A stretch of 64,000 nt of DNA, taken from the NCBI RefSeq assembly GCF_037042905.1, contig NC_087245.1:806001-870000 (forward strand), in the 5' to 3' direction. The notes under the pieces are model-generated. The model had not been told where the DNA came from. It saw only the letters and a list, made by a program, of their open reading frames with translations, and ran no database searches. Position numbers and translations under genes: made by a program. Below, piece after piece: positions 12,530-27,286 of the stretch (positions are counted from its first letter, which is position 1; each line of letters opens with the position of its first letter). This DNA is from Lytechinus pictus. Taxonomy: Eukaryota.

Positions 12530-13136
12530 AAGGGGTACTCCGGGTTGAAATATTTTATATCTAAATATAGTAAAATTCACAGTGCAAAATGCTGAAATTT
12601 CATCAAAATCTGATAACAAATAACGAAGTTATTGAATTTTATAGTTTAGCAATATTTTGTGAAAACATTATATGCAAATCGTCTTGAATGTTCATTATGT
12701 GGGCAGATGATGTCACATCCCCACTTTCCCTTTTCTTATGTACCAGTTATACCATAATATCATAATTATTTCAATTTTTCATACAAGTGTGAAATATTAT
12801 GTGTCCCTTGTCAAAAAAAAGTTGCAGCAATTAATATCTAATGCATTAAATCTGTTGTCTATCCAACTTTTTTACTTCTTGGGGAAAAGTTGAATAAACA
12901 TAATTTCATTTAATAAAATACAAAAGAACAAGTGGGGATATATTACATCATCAGTTTTGCTCATTGAACTTTCATGAAGAAATGCACAGAATGATATGAC
13001 CGAAATAATGCAAATCTTTAAAATGTCATAACTTTGTTGTTCCTTGCCGATTTTGATCAAATTGTTAGTGTTTGTATGTCTGATTTTCCTTTATCTGTTC
13101 AAAATAATCTTATTGTTAGCCTTGAGTATCCCTTTA
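12530..13136. mobile_element. Non-autonomous DNA transposon (Kolobok-like)
   Basis: aaggggtactccggg ... ccttgagtatccctttaa imperfect TIRs; related decayed copies near 40400-40990 and 53610-54200. Confidence 0.55.
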
Positions 13137-16100
13137 AGAAGTCTCTATACATGTGTATTTCATCTTATACTGTTGATGAGAACATCCCGTATTCAATAAT
13201 GATTGGTTAAATGTTTCGAGTTATATAACATATAGTCTGCAAAAGTGTCGCGCTATGAATATTTTGACATGTTTTTAGTCCGGTCATTCTATTTGCAATA
13301 AAACTTGGAAGAAATGCTGAAGTCTGTGATTAAACTAATTTTTATCCGATCAAGAAGTTATTTCTATATATACCTTCGATCAGTGACGTAATCACTATAC
13401 TATCTTCTTGATGAAAAGCTTTGACGTCATCAAGTACGTTGACACCATCTGACCATTGTGTCTATTCTGATTAAGAAACTATTATACCAATTGACTAAAA
13501 GAAGACACTTTTACAAATAAAACGAAAAGCAAGGTCATACAGAAATATATCGCAAATTATATTCAAATTATTCAAATAATATTTAAGCGAAGGAACGGAG
13601 CAACCAAGTGTTGTTTTTTTTTCATTTTTATACTGAGACATGTTAAAGCATTTTAACGGCAATAAAGGATATTTTTCACGTCTTAGACGATAATATCAAT
13701 TATTAATACAACAATCACATCTTTTTTTTTCTTGTTGAGAGGTGTGTGGTGGATGAGGCATCCCTTAAAGTAGCAATGAAGAATGAAGTTTACAAGAAAC
13801 CAAAATGAATTACGCGTACAATAAAAGTATGGAACAAAATAATATGAAAACGTCGATGATTATCACCTGTAAAGACAAACACTTAAAAATGATACTAACA
13901 ACATGATTTTAGTCGTAAAACTATTTAGGTCTCCATATGCCTTACGGCTGGTTCATGCGCGATCAGATTTTGAAACAAATTGCATTTTGCTTATTTTGTA
14001 AAAAAAAATGAATGAAAAGCGATATTTTATTTGAGGTTCAAATTAACTGTAATAAGTGGCTTGTAGATGTGGGGGATGTGGCTTGCATCCCCCCCCCCCC
14101 CCGCCACCAAAAAAAATACCGACCAAGAAAAAAAAAGAGAAATGAAAGGAGAGAAGGGTAAAATTTTTTTTTTAATATTATGTCAAAATCTATCACTCAA
14201 TAAGATTTTTGTAATAAATATGTCTAAATTTTTTGCTCGCTCGCCATATTTGGCCTTCTCAAAATTTTTGGCTCATTACACAACTGACTGTCTTAATCAC
14301 AATAATGTAACAATTTTGGAAGATTACAAGCCTTTATTTCATGGTTTCATTTAACTTACCTATTTCCGCCGTTTTCTCCCATTTCGTCTGTAAAAATCAC
14401 AACCTTTTCAAATCAATACCACTTTCTGCAGGACTACAGATCAACAGGGTAGATAAGTTGAGTGGTCATCTGCTACCAGATTGGTTCTTAAAAGATTTTT
14501 CCCTTTTTCTCGTTAGACAGTGTTATAAATGTTATATTTTGTTGTTGGTCTGTCGGTGAATGGAGATGGTTTTTAATTGATATAAAAACGAACTATGCCA
14601 TTTACATGTTGATCGAGAAAGGGAGTGAATGATACCACTTGGCATGCTTGGGGTAGTAGTATCGTGCGGATAAGATGCGTGCTGACGTTTTGATTGGCTT
14701 TGATGAAAATACGACTCCTCCTCCCTCTCCTCATTTTCCTTCTACAAAAAAAACCGTGTGCAAAATAAATTGTGCGCACCTCTTCGACATACTAGTAGTC
14801 CATTACATCCTTAAACAAAGCCCTTAATTGAATATTATTAATTTTAGCCCAAATTGATTACTATCATATCATAAAACACAATTCATGAGAAAGATGCAAC
14901 TTAAAAATCCTATACCCCCCCCCCTTTCCTTATTATACGATCGAAAAGAAGGAACTTAATATGGGTAGAGAATTAATAAACCGTGAGTATCATTAAGCAT
15001 AGAGTATTGGAAACTTGATTGCTTAAAGTATGGAATACATAATATGATAACATTTTTCATAATTAATAACAATGTTTAACCCCTTCACATTTTTTACATG
15101 CTTATGAAATTGCATGAATTTTGTCGGGTAAAACGGTTCTCTCGATATTTTCCCTAAACTGCAAAGTTAATGCCCAAACCGATAATTGTATTGAGGGAGA
15201 GTGAAAATACTCTCATTTATTTCTTTCAATAATATATACATGTAAAACATACAAATAACATACATTGTTTTGAACATAAATATACAAATATAATCATGAG
15301 ACATTAAGATGATGTTTAAAAAAATAATGAAAGAAAAAGGTATTCCAAAAAGCCTCAAAGGCTAGAAAAAAGGGAAACCAATAATAAAACATAAGAATAA
15401 TTATAAAAAATGATTCTATCATCAAGTGACCAATTTGTGTAAAGAAATAGCCGCACATCTGTTTTGTTTTGTGTAGGCCTACACTGACCCAAAGCATGCC
15501 CCTAGGAAACGTTTTTAAATTCTGTTCGACACGTAAGGAAACCCTGATTTATTTTAATCAATAAATTATTTGAGCGCGAAGCGCAAGCTGATTTTTTTTT
15601 CACGAATTAAGACATGAGAACAGGACATATCAAACACTTTCCGATGCTCTGAACAAAAGACTTTCTAATTAAACAAGTAATGCAAGCGTGAAGAGCCAGC
15701 TGAATTTTGTTTTTATATACTGACCTATGAATGCAATTTATCAAGAAAATAATGTATCTCATTATACAAATCACGCGACGTGAATCTCAAGCTGAAGACT
15801 TTTGATATTCAGACCAGAAAACTCACATTTTTTATAACATTTCTAAATACTTTCCGTGTATCACTTCATAATGATAACTTGAAAATCGAAATGAAAATTC
15901 TCATACTGGCCCCAAAAGAAACATTTTAAGCACCGTTTGACATAATGCAGGAAAATTACTGAGGATAGATTAGGACCCGAAAACGGGACATTTTTTTTTA
16001 AATTTTAAACCACCTATGAAACTACAGCATGAACTCTTCCCTATTTGATCGTTTTTTTTTTCACATTTTATTTCTTTATTTTTTTTCATACATAATAAAC

Positions 16101-16614
16101 AAATCATTTTCCATGGACTATGATACAGAGTGGAGTTTATTTCTATTTCAAAATAGTTATGTGTCTTGTAACGAGAATTCAGCCTTACAAGATGCAGCCT
16201 TTTTCTTCGGCGAAAGATGTAAATAAAATATTACAAAATCGGGTAATTAGAAACTAGGAGTTTGTGACACCCATACCTACAAATAATTAATTTCAGTTGT
16301 AATTTCTGTAGGTTTCCATGGTGAAGAAGAATAGTGTAGTAGGTTTCACGGTACACCATGTATCTTGTAATTTCAGTTGCTTGTTTACGAGGCTGCAGAA
16401 AAACTTAGCACTGTAAACATGCAGGTGAAGCAGTTCCTTTAACAATAAAATACGCACTTAGAGTCAAGCCACTGGGGACATATACCGCAGATTTGTGTAA
16501 TTTATTATTTTTTGTATTTTTTGTATTTATTTATTTATTCAAAGTGTATCATGTTTCGCAGTACACCATGTATCGACGTTTCGACAAATGTGTTCTTCTC
16601 GTCTTCAGGAGAAA

Positions 16615-17140
16615 TTATTTATTTAAGTTTTCTTTATTAAAAAAGGCAGGGTAGTCCCATTCAAGCCCGGAGGCCTGCTTTACAAGGGAGCCCTGCTATC
16701 ATTCACATTTCAAACATTATACAATCACAATTATGAAATACACAATTAAATACACAACTAATACAGAAAGAATAAACAAATAACAGGCGGTAGAGCCTAT
16801 GACAAAAACAGTAGAAAATTAGCCTGCTTAGAATTTACGGACGTTTCGTTTAAAGATATTAGAAGTGAAGCAGAGCACTTAATTGTGGGTACTGGTAACA
16901 AGTTGAATAGTTTTGCTGCTGGATAGGAGAACGACTGATTTTTTTTCATAATCGGTTCTTGGTTTTGCTTTTGCGAGATACAGTTTTTGTAATGAGATTG
17001 ATCTGGTAGGAGAGTATTTGTTGGGATTTAAATGACCGAATGGGAAAATTTTCTAAATTTGAAAAGTGAAAAATGCTCTGTTTTGGAGCACTTTACACCT
17101 TGAGTAGGATGATTATGACAGAATCTTTTATAATCAGTTT
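16615..17140 (-). mobile_element. L2/CR1-type LINE 3' end, decayed
   Basis: Minus strand GCAGGGCTCCCTTGTAAAGCAG...ATGGGACTACCCTGCC followed by AATAAA and an AAAT-rich tail. Confidence 0.5.
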
Positions 17141-17959
17141 TCAAATTTGCGAATGCCCCATGCCCCCCCCCCTTGTGCTACCACTGTCACTGCGAAGCGA
17201 AGACAGTTTTTACTTTCTAAATGGTGACCTCAAATGCTTTCTATATTCCAAATGCCCCTCCCCTCCCTTTATGTTATTCAATTTTCTCTTCTTTTTCCCA
17301 CATTTCCCAATTCCCGTTTTTTATTTTCCACTTTCTTCATTTTTAATACTTTTTCCCTTATAGGAGGGCGCTGCCACCTAGTGCTCCCGGAACCTCATTA
17401 AACAAAATAAATTGTGATCCTTGAACATGATGCGCATTGCCCCCCCCCCCCCCAAGAAATAGGGCTATTTTCCCCGTTTTTTTCTTTTTCACTTTCTCAA
17501 TTTTTAATACTTTTCCCCAAGAAATAGGCATATAATGCGAGCACTATATAAGCTCGAGCTGAAGGTTATAATATATGGTTATTTGAATCTCACTAGACTA
17601 GTGGTGTAATGAGGCAAAAAGTGAGGGCCGGGGCTATATATCTTGTATCGATCAAAATCTATTAGATAGTTGCGAGCGAGCAAAAAAAAAAGATTTTTTT
17701 TTTTTATTAAATGATAATAGTAATAGGGGCTAATAGCTAGATTTATACGCTTTTGCCTGAGGATACAAAGCGACCCCGGCAGCTCGATCTGCCATCCCAC
17801 TTTCCCCCACTGATTTACGCCCAAGGGTGCCTGCATGGACAGGTCGATTATTACCCCCCCCCCCTCCTAGGCTGCAGGCACAGACTTTCGGTTTTCGCAA
17901 GTCGCATGTTACTAGTGCATATTGCAGATGCAGAGTTTGAACTTGAAGTAGGAATACCT

Positions 17960-17995
17960 CATAGAGATGTATACTAGTTAGTATACATCTCTATG
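17960..17995. mobile_element. 36-bp palindromic micro-MITE, P-element-like ends
   Basis: catagagatgtatacta-gt-tagtatacatctctatg flanked by 8-bp TSD gaatacct (17952-17959, 17996-18003). Confidence 0.75.
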
Positions 17996-18110
17996 GAATA
18001 CCTAGATCTGCAGGCTCTAGTAGACCTAGTCTGCTATGCAGACTCCTTGAATCAGCTGTGATACACACACTGCAGATGTGGGTCTACAGTTGTAGACTAG
18101 GAATACCGGG

Positions 18111-21100
18111 TATGGGTTTACTGACGGTAATTTGGTCTAATATCACTTGGTCTAATCATCATATGGGCTAACAACATTCGGGCCAAACCCACTTAGTCCA
18201 ATTTTCTTTTGGTCTAATGACCACTTGATCTAATAGCCATATGGTCTAATGACCACTTGGTCTAACAGCCCATTGGTCTAATAGCCACTTGGTCTAATGA
18301 TCACTTGGTCTAATGACCACTTGGTCTAATAGCCACTTGGTCTAATGCCTAGTTGGGCTAATCGTCACTTTGTCTAATTTTCATTTGGTCTAATTTCCAT
18401 TTCGTCTAATGTTTTTTATTGTCACTTGGTCTAATTGCATTAGGTCTAATACCAGTTGGTCTAATAGTCGGTTAATCTAATACTAGTTGGTCTAATCCTC
18501 ACTTGGTCTAATGTGCAGTTGGTCTAATATGCGGTTGGTCTAATGTGCAGTTGGTCTAATATGCAGTTGGTCTAATGTGGTCATTACACCAATTGGGTAT
18601 TAGACCAAGTGGAAATTAGACCAAACGGTCATTAGACTATGTGACAATTAGTCGAAATGAAAATTGGACCAAGTGGAAATTAGCCGAAGTGGAAATTAGA
18701 CCAAGTGGTGTTAGACTAACTGGAAATTAGACTAAATGGTTTTAGCCCAACTGCTGATTAGACGAAGTGGATATTACACGAAGTGGTCATTAGACCAAAT
18801 GAAAATTAGACCATATGGCTATTAGACCAACTGGTTATTAGACCAATTGCAGGGGCGGATCCAGCCTTCGCCAATAGGGGGGGGGGGCCCGGATTTTTTT
18901 TCAGCCATATTTTACCCGATCGGCCGCTCGAAGATGATTTTTGGTTTCATTGAAGGGGTAGTCCTATAAAAGTCACTTCTTAGCTTTATATGAATAAACA
19001 TTAATATATAATATCCTTATTTATATAATGCGAGCGCGAAGCGCGAGCTAATTTTTTTTTTGAAATCTTGTGTATTTTTTCCTAAAATCATGAACATTCT
19101 GGGCGATGTTTGCTATCCTGAAAAAGATGTGTATGCAAATGAATAACTACTACGAACGTGAAGCGCGAGCAGAAATGAATTGATGGAAAAGGTATATGTT
19201 AAAGATTGCTTGCAGTTAGCCACGAAGACGTTACATATTTTAAAAATCCAATAATGCGAGCGCAAAGCGCGAGATGAAATTTTTTGACATTTTTACCTAA
19301 GAAATAGAAATTCTAAGCACTTTTTGTAACTCAAACAGAATTGGTATATAACTAAACAGTTGATGCGAGCGCGAGATTTAGACCTACTAAACGAGACACT
19401 CTATTTACGTTTTGTGAATCATGAAAAGGATGAGTAAGTGGGGATCTTCCTTACATTAATAATGCGAGCGCAGAGCGCGAGCAGAAAATTTTTATTTACG
19501 TTTTTAACTCATTATCGAAAAGGTACCTGTTAAGGACTGCTATTGCACTTAGTCATGAAGACATTACATATTTCAACAATCAAATAATGCGAGCGCGAAC
19601 CGCGAGCTGAAAAAAAATCACATTTCTACATAAAGAATGTAAAATTTTAATCAATTTTTGTAATCGTGAACAGGATAAGTATATAACTAAACAATTTATT
19701 GATGCGAAGCGCGAGCGGGAAAAATTGAGATTTAGACCTAAAACGGGACACTCTATTCATGTTTTGTAAATCATGAAAAGAATGAGAAATTGGAAATCTT
19801 CCTACATTAATATTGCGAGCGCAAAGCGCGAGCCGAAATTTTTAATATACGTTTTGATCTAATAAAAAAATTATCTGTTAACGGCTGCTTGCAGTTTGCC
19901 CTGAAGACGTTATATATTTCAACAATCAAATAATGCGAGCGCGAAGCGCGATATGAAAATGTTGACATTTCTACCTGAAGAATGGAAATTTTAAGCACTT
20001 TTTGTAATCGTGAAAAGGATAAGTATGTAACTAAACAATCGATGCGAGCGCGAAGCGCTAGCGGAAAAAATCGAGATTTACACCTAAAAATGGGACACTC
20101 GATCTATTCATGTTTTGCAAATCATGAAAAGGATGAGTGATTGGAAATCTTCCTACGTTAATATTGCGAGCGTAAAGCGTGAGCAGAAAATTTTTGATGT
20201 TGTGATATGAAACTGGATAATGATTTAAACAGAGAACAACTTAGCTGTATATCTGAATAACATGCGCGCACGTGTTTCAGATTTAGACCTAGAATCTGAG
20301 TGTGCATTCTAAATACCTTTTTTATCATGAAAATCGATAAAGTGAGCGCAAAGCGCGAGCTTAAAATATTTGATATTCCGATCTGAAAAGGATCAATTTA
20401 AGCTCTGTATTTCAAGCACTTTGTAGGAAAATTGTTAGGTGGATATGGATCAAATTAAAAAAAGAGCTTATATGTTTCATTATTATTACTTTGAGTTTTG
20501 ACATAGGACCAGGACATTCCAAGAACATTATGTCATCATATGAAAATGATGACTATATCTTTTCATTTCTCTTCCTAAGCGCGAGATGAAACTTGTCGAT
20601 ATTCCATTATGAAAAAGGGACTTATTAATCTAATAAGCCTAATGTGAGAGCGCGAAATCTGTTAATATTATTGCCTGAAAACTGGACATTTAAAGCATTT
20701 TTGTATTTATGAATAAGATGCATGAGTTAATATATTTTCAACAATCAATGCGAACGCAAATCGCGAGCCAAAATTTTAATATTCAGACCATAAAACAAAA
20801 GATTTACAGAGCGCTTTTTAAAAATCAATTTGTAAATCATACAAAATAATGAAAGTTCGATTTCCAAGCTGAAATATGTTTTCTATGTTGACTTAAAATT
20901 TTGATATTTCAAGCTCCATATTGATATGTAAATCACCTAACAGGCAATGCGAGCGCGCAGCTCGAGCAAAAAAATTTCATAGTGACATAAAAGATTTTAA
21001 AAATTATTTTCCTAGTCTTCTCATCTTATTTTATTCACTAGTCTTCATCTAAATGTGTTTCCCCTTCTTTTTTCTCCTCTCTATTCCCTTCTTTTTCTTT

Positions 21101-21352
21101 TTTTTTCTTTCTTTCCCCTTTTTTCTTTTTTTTTTTGCTCCGCCGCGTGAATAGGGGGGGGGGGGGGGCCGGGCCCCTCGGCCCCCCCCCCCCTGGATCC
21201 GCCTATGCAATTGGATATTAGACCAAGTGGTCATTAGACCAATTGGATATTAGACGAACTGGTTGTAGACGAAATGAGTTTAGACTAAGTGAAGTTGGAC
21301 GAACTGATTAGTAGACCAAGTGGTATTAGACCATACGATAATTAACCCCGTA
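18111..21352. mobile_element. Foldback-type MITE built of TTGGTCTAA / TTAGACCAA repeats
   Basis: Left half has many ttggtctaa units, right half the inverse; ends tatgggttta.../...taaccccgta; interrupted by the element at 18851. Confidence 0.7.
18851..21206. mobile_element. Poly-G/poly-C MITE with GCGAGCGCGAAGCGCGAG internal repeats
   Basis: aggggcggatccag ... ctggatccgcctat TIRs, internal G/C runs, repeated gcgagcgcgaagcgcgag motif and a ~350-bp internal duplication. Confidence 0.75.
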
Positions 21353-23473
21353 CAGGGGGGGGGGGGGGTGAAACTCCGCTTCTGCATCCGGTCAGAATTG
21401 AAGAAAATTTTGGAGGGTCAAAAGTGCACACTGCTCCCATTTTTCGTATACAAGCCTATGGACACCGCCACTGTTTTGGTACACCAGCGAAATGAAGGCG
21501 TGGTCACGGAACGTCCTTCGCGCATAGCGTAAAAATATGTAAATTAGTATTTTGTCACTAATTAGCATAATGCGCGACCTGATTAATAATCGTTTATGGT
21601 GTCGTCTGTCAGTGATTACATCATGTCAGATCATTCGTTTTTTTCCTCCTCAGAGTTTTATTATTCATCTATTTTAATGATCTATTTGTTATTGCTTGTT
21701 ACGATTATTACTGCATCTTTGCTTTGTTTTAGCTGCAAATGGCCAGGATCTTTGCTAAAAAATATTACAGAGGAGGTTCCCAAATAAAATGTTGCCATAT
21801 ACGATGACATCTCTTTAAGTTTCTGGAGCCCTTTTTTCTTTTTATTGCAGAAAACGAAATGAACCTCTTTTCATAATATAAACAAAGATAATAACAAATC
21901 AAATTCTTTTCCATAATTGTAGTCTCCAATATAAGTCCTATTATGAATAGCAGTCCTCGGAGCACTTAATTTTAAATGGCGACTTCTATGTCAAACATCA
22001 ATAATCATGACCTAGGTATATACCATATTTTAGGGGGGAGGGGGTTCTCAAAATTAAATAGGCAAGAGAGCAAACCGATCGTAGGCTATTTCTTTTTTAT
22101 TTTCAACTGAAAATGAATTTGGTGTAATTTTCATTTGGAAAGAAAAAATACATTTTATATGCAGGTTTCAAAAATTTGGAGAAATAATTTGCCCCCCCCC
22201 CCCCGTCATGAACAGTAAGGTCTTATAATTGCTTCTTTCAAAACAAACTGAACTTTCACCCCCCCCCCATCTCTCTCTCTCAGAAACTGACATAACTATA
22301 TGCATACAAGCAAATAATCTCCTGTCATTTTACTTTCTTTCCCACTCTTATCCTTATTTTTCTTGAATAATATTTTAATTGACTGCTGTTTGATCTCATG
22401 TAACAGTGGTATCATCACATTTCAGTACAGTGCAACATCTTGTGCCATTTGTGCATAACAGCTCAGAAGCAATACATCATCACAATTAATTGATAAATGA
22501 AAATTACCAAGATCAAAAAATTCAATTCAAAATTAACATGTTTATTAAGGAATCCATTTTCTAAAACATTGACATTAACATACAAATAATAATTAGCATC
22601 TACCAAGCATTAAATTGTATTTTAAAAAATGAAGGCAATGCATAGCTAAAAAGGGCTGTTACTGGGTAAGGGTAGTATGGGGTGGGTATATAAATGTACA
22701 AAAATAGGATTAAGTACATTTTTCTACATTGTACAATGTTTGTTAAAATTTCATTCAAAGGATCTCGATGAGCCTATAGTTAATATTCCATAAAAGAGCA
22801 TAAAAACTTTTGATATTCGTTTATTTTCTTCCACAAAAGTTTATCACTCAAAAAAATTGGTAAATTCCTTTCAAATTTGCTGACAAGAAATAGTCTTCTG
22901 ATGTGAGAGCACTCCTCATAAGGGGGGGGGGGGTGGGACACAATGCCAGAATCCTAAAGAGTGCCTTCCCCAATCAATACATTAGCGAATCATTAACAAA
23001 ATTTGATTTGTCTACTGTCACTGTGCTTAGAATTAAATCTATTTTTGAAATATAGTCTATTTATATATTATTGCAGTGGTAGCCCATTTCACATTTTTTA
23101 AAAATGAAGATAACAATAAATGCAACTTAATAACCCTACACAATTTATGAAGACTTGCAGTGGCGTACCTTGGGTCACGGCATCGGGGGGGGGGGGGGGC
23201 ACCAGCAAAAATTTTGAGACCGTTTCATATCTCTTCTTGGCACTTATGTTGTGATACCAGTACTTAAACAGCTTAGGAAGTGGGAAACCTGCATGGTAAA
23301 AAAGAGAAAAGAACATAATAAGCTGTAAATTATTTTTACTCATCTAGTCCAGTTTAGTAAAAAAAAGATGTAAACTCTATTTTATATCTTCAGTGATAAA
23401 ACAAGTTTAGCACATGCAGTCACTTTCGTCCCACATCCAGATAAATTCATATATCAATATAACTATCTACAGT

Positions 23474-24087
23474 ACCGTATGGGTACTAGTATTCAACCCG
23501 GCATAATTCAAAGATTTTGACATATTCCCCAAAATATTTAGAAATAGGGAATTTATCTTAATTTCATACCTTTGTTATTTCCAGGGTAATCTGTTGTCGA
23601 TATTTTCTTTGTCAATCTGTCGACTGTATGCGCGGAGGATCGAATTATGCGGCGATGGCCTTTTGCACTGAATGGTACTAGTATTCAACCTAGTGAGGAT
23701 TGATAGCAAATCTCAAAAGGGTTTAGATTGCTAAATTAGAACTAGATCTATGCAAGTCTCTGGCTTTGATTAATTCCCTGTTTGGTCTCATCTCAAATGG
23801 TCTAGTCCATAGTCGGATGGGACAAGGGCAGATTGAGAGACAGGGCCATCTTTCATCGCTAGGTTGAATACTAGTACCGACGGGTTGAATACTAGTACCA
23901 AAATCCGTCGCCGTATAATTCGATCGCCCGCGCACACAGTCAACTGGTTGAAGAAAAAAATAACGGAAAGAGAATTACCAGCATTTGCTCTTGGAAATAA
24001 GACGGGTCTGAAATTCAGGTAAATTCTATATTTCTATATATTTGAGGAAACTCTCCAAACAGGTTGAATACTAGTGCCCTTACGGTA
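23474..24087. mobile_element. MITE with TA-flanked TIRs
   Basis: taccgtatgggtactagtattcaacc ... ggttgaatactagtgcccttacggta plus long internal inverted similarity. Confidence 0.7.
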
Positions 24088-25614
24088 TGTTTTGAAAATA
24101 AAGAGTGAAAATTAATTCAAATATTTATCAGAATTTTGTGATAACTGTTAATATCTTGGGTTTTTTATGCAAATGCATGTATAGACAGGAGATATGGATA
24201 ATTAGTATGCAGTGTTAGAAATGGAAATACTGGTGAATCTGAATTCAAACAAATATTAACTCACAATGGAACTTTAACATTACATGATATCGCATCATGT
24301 TTCAGCACAATTGGCCATAGCCCACCCCCTCCCAAAAAAGGGGAAATATTCATTTTTTTTTTTTTTTGGGGGGGGGGGGTGATGAGCTTAGATACAGCCT
24401 GTATATTATCAAAACAGTAAGCATACCTTGCAATTTTTCCATTCAGATATCCTGTTCCTCATTAGATTGTAACTAACACTTGCTGATCGGCATGGTTCTC
24501 AATTTTGTACTTCTGACTAGGTGTGAACTGCTAAGAACTTGGTCCCACTGGATCTGCAATTGACAATTTAAATTTGAGAGTTTTAGAGATAATAAAATTA
24601 CTCTTCTTAAACAATATTTTTGAAATTTCCAGCTGCCCATATCCCAGGTCTATGAATGAATATTCCAAACTAGAACAAAAAAGTTATCTGGACCCGAAAC
24701 TTCATTCTCTATCACATAGAGGCATAGGCCTACCTCACTCTGTTTATAAAAGTAAAATGATTCCAACCACATATTTCTACAGCTGTATATAGCTGAATCT
24801 GGTCTATGCTGGGCCTGTATAACTTAAGAATCACATCACATTTGAATGAAGTAAACACTAAGAACGTTTTCAAATTACCACCCCAGGCCGGACCCAGGGT
24901 ATCCTGTTCAAATAGACTTGATTTAGGTCTAGGGTAGGCTACGCCATTTCATTCAAATCTAAGACTAAGACAAGTAACACTTAACATAACAGACATTAAT
25001 GCTAAGTCAATCGTATTTCAACACTGATTATTCTGAAGTAAAGCGTTCCTGAATAAAAGAAACTGCTGAGAATTATACTTATTCATATGAAGATGAAATA
25101 GAGGGGACGGACTAGGCCTAAACTTCAACTTTCAAGCTTGAAGTTTGGGCCTAGTCCGTCCCCGCTATTTTCATACCCCATGACTACATCGACAATCTCG
25201 CTCGGCTAGCACCGGCGATATCAAAGGCCGGATCCCGCTCTGACCATATCCCTACATTGACCTAAATTTGAATAGGCCTAAAATCGACAGTTTGTCCTTA
25301 CTAAAAAAAACAGGAGGTCGGAAACAAGTCCACATCCACCCCTGATAATTGTCTAATCACAATAAAACTGAAATAAAGGTTTACTTTGGACCTACATGAA
25401 GCATTCCGATGAATGTCTAGATCTACGACAAACTATAGACCCCTAGTCCTAGATATAGTATTTTTGAGAAACTCAATGATCACACTTATTTGGAAGTCAG
25501 GCAAAAGAAATATTGAAATTGAGGTTTACATAGTGCGTAATACAGGATGAGCCCCGAACCCCGGCAAACACATTACAATTTGCAAGTGAGATCAAAACAT
25601 GAAAATGAGCGTAA

Positions 25615-25850
25615 TGTAGCGGTCGCGCCCCCAGCTTGACCACTAGGTTGATACCTGAAGCTAGAATATAAGGAATAAGTCACTAACCAGTATTTTCCTG
25701 GAGTGATGTCCTAGTTCCTGTCTATTCCGTGTGAGTTCAGCTTCAAATACGATGATCCAAGGGATCCAACGTCCTCCAGCGTCTAAAAGGGGTCCAGCGC
25801 CATCTCCCGGTGGAAGACCTATATGGGGGGTGGGGTGACTTACTACAACA
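25615..25850 (-). repeat. 3' LTR (236 bp)
   Basis: Identical by eye to 43971-44206; preceded on the minus strand by polypurine tract GAACGGGGGGGAC (25851-25863). Confidence 0.95.
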
Positions 25851-27286
25851 GTCCCCCCCGTTCTATAAAACTCGGTCCCTCGAGTTTCCAACCCAAATGG
25901 ACGCTATCCAAACCAGACACCAGGCAGAGGGAGGAAAAAATTTTCCACTCCCTAGGCACCCCAACCAGGAGACCTTATCTCCCGGCTGGGCATGAGTAAA
26001 TACAAGCCCATTTAAAAATTCCCTTTGGTCTTTTATGTACACAATGCTCCTTAAAATTTGGCAAAAAGTACTTATGCAGCATTGTTCTGTCCCAAGTCTG
26101 CATTCCCAAAATTAATTATAATTTGCTACCCGTAATCAGCCATAAACATATTCCGTTCTTTTATAAATAAAAACTCCAAAACTATCCAAAACACTTGGCA
26201 CAACTGTGCTAAAAACTTGTTCAACACTTTAAACTTTAAAAACCCGTAACATGAAAACGGTAAAAACCCATAATAACACCTAAAAACCTAGAGTTTTGAG
26301 GTTCTTTAAAAAACCCATACAAAACATATAGAACAATGGTATATATATATAAAAATATAAAACCCATACAAAAACCCATATCCCAGGAGGGTCCCCCCTT
26401 CCCAGAAAGCTCCACTTTCCCATAGCAGTGGGCTGCCGCTGGCCCTCCCCTGTCGAGGCACCATCTTACCCGGGCTGTGCAACACATAGCATTCCGGTTC
26501 GGTTGAGAGACTGGAGCACCAGTACCCAACCTAGGTCCCCCAGGTGCAGGAAGGGGGCGTCAGCGCTGCCATTATGCGAAAAGGGCCATTTAAAACACTC
26601 CCCTCCAAAGCGGACCATGAAGCATTTCCTACATGGCCTACATATACAAAAAGATAGACGAAAACATAGACAACGAACACAAAAGACACCAAGAGGAGGC
26701 GACCCAGCTGGTCTCCTCCTGTACAGAAAACGTGTAGGGTCCTAAACGCGCTAACCTAACCCCAAAAAATGCAAAGGGAATCGAAATCCCTTCGTGAAAA
26801 ATGGAGGACAGATCTCCTCCAGTCCCCTTTTTTTTCCTCACTACACCCCATAGAGTGCCAGATGGTTAATCCTAGCTCGCTCCATGAGGGTGAGAAACCT
26901 TATCTGCCGGGCCGAGGTGACAAGCCCTCACACCTCGCTAGTGAACCCAGGGTAGGATCCTTCTCCTGTTCCACCCGTACCGGGTCGATGGGCAGCTGCC
27001 CATCGGTAACGCCCACTGGCCTCACCCTGACCGACATGTACTGGACTGGCTCCACCTACACGTTGAACCATTAGCCCCAATAGTACGGCTGCTTGCCTGT
27101 ACTTTGGTAGAGGAACCGCGATCCAGGTGAACCCATATTTCAACAGGGAGCGATCCCGTCTCCCTTCCCTTCAATTTTTCAGTTTCCCCCAACACCTCAG
27201 AGCAGATTACCTTAAGGTGCCTATCAGATGGGTTCTGTTTTCCCAGCCCTGTAAACCGAACCGGGAACTAGGAGCAGTAAGCCATC

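Noticed and set aside
16645..16697. Ribozyme-like GC stem-loop
   Set aside because: No recognisable catalytic core; it fits a LINE 3' terminal stem-loop before AATAAA on the minus strand.
18130..18850. CRISPR-like repeat-spacer pattern
   Set aside because: Repeats are only ~9 bp with 5-11-bp related spacers, invert at the centre, and no cas genes are present; this is a eukaryotic foldback MITE.
26236..27143. Third ORF/env in the LTR element
   Set aside because: Only short broken ORFs with no recognisable motif; may be remnants but cannot be supported.
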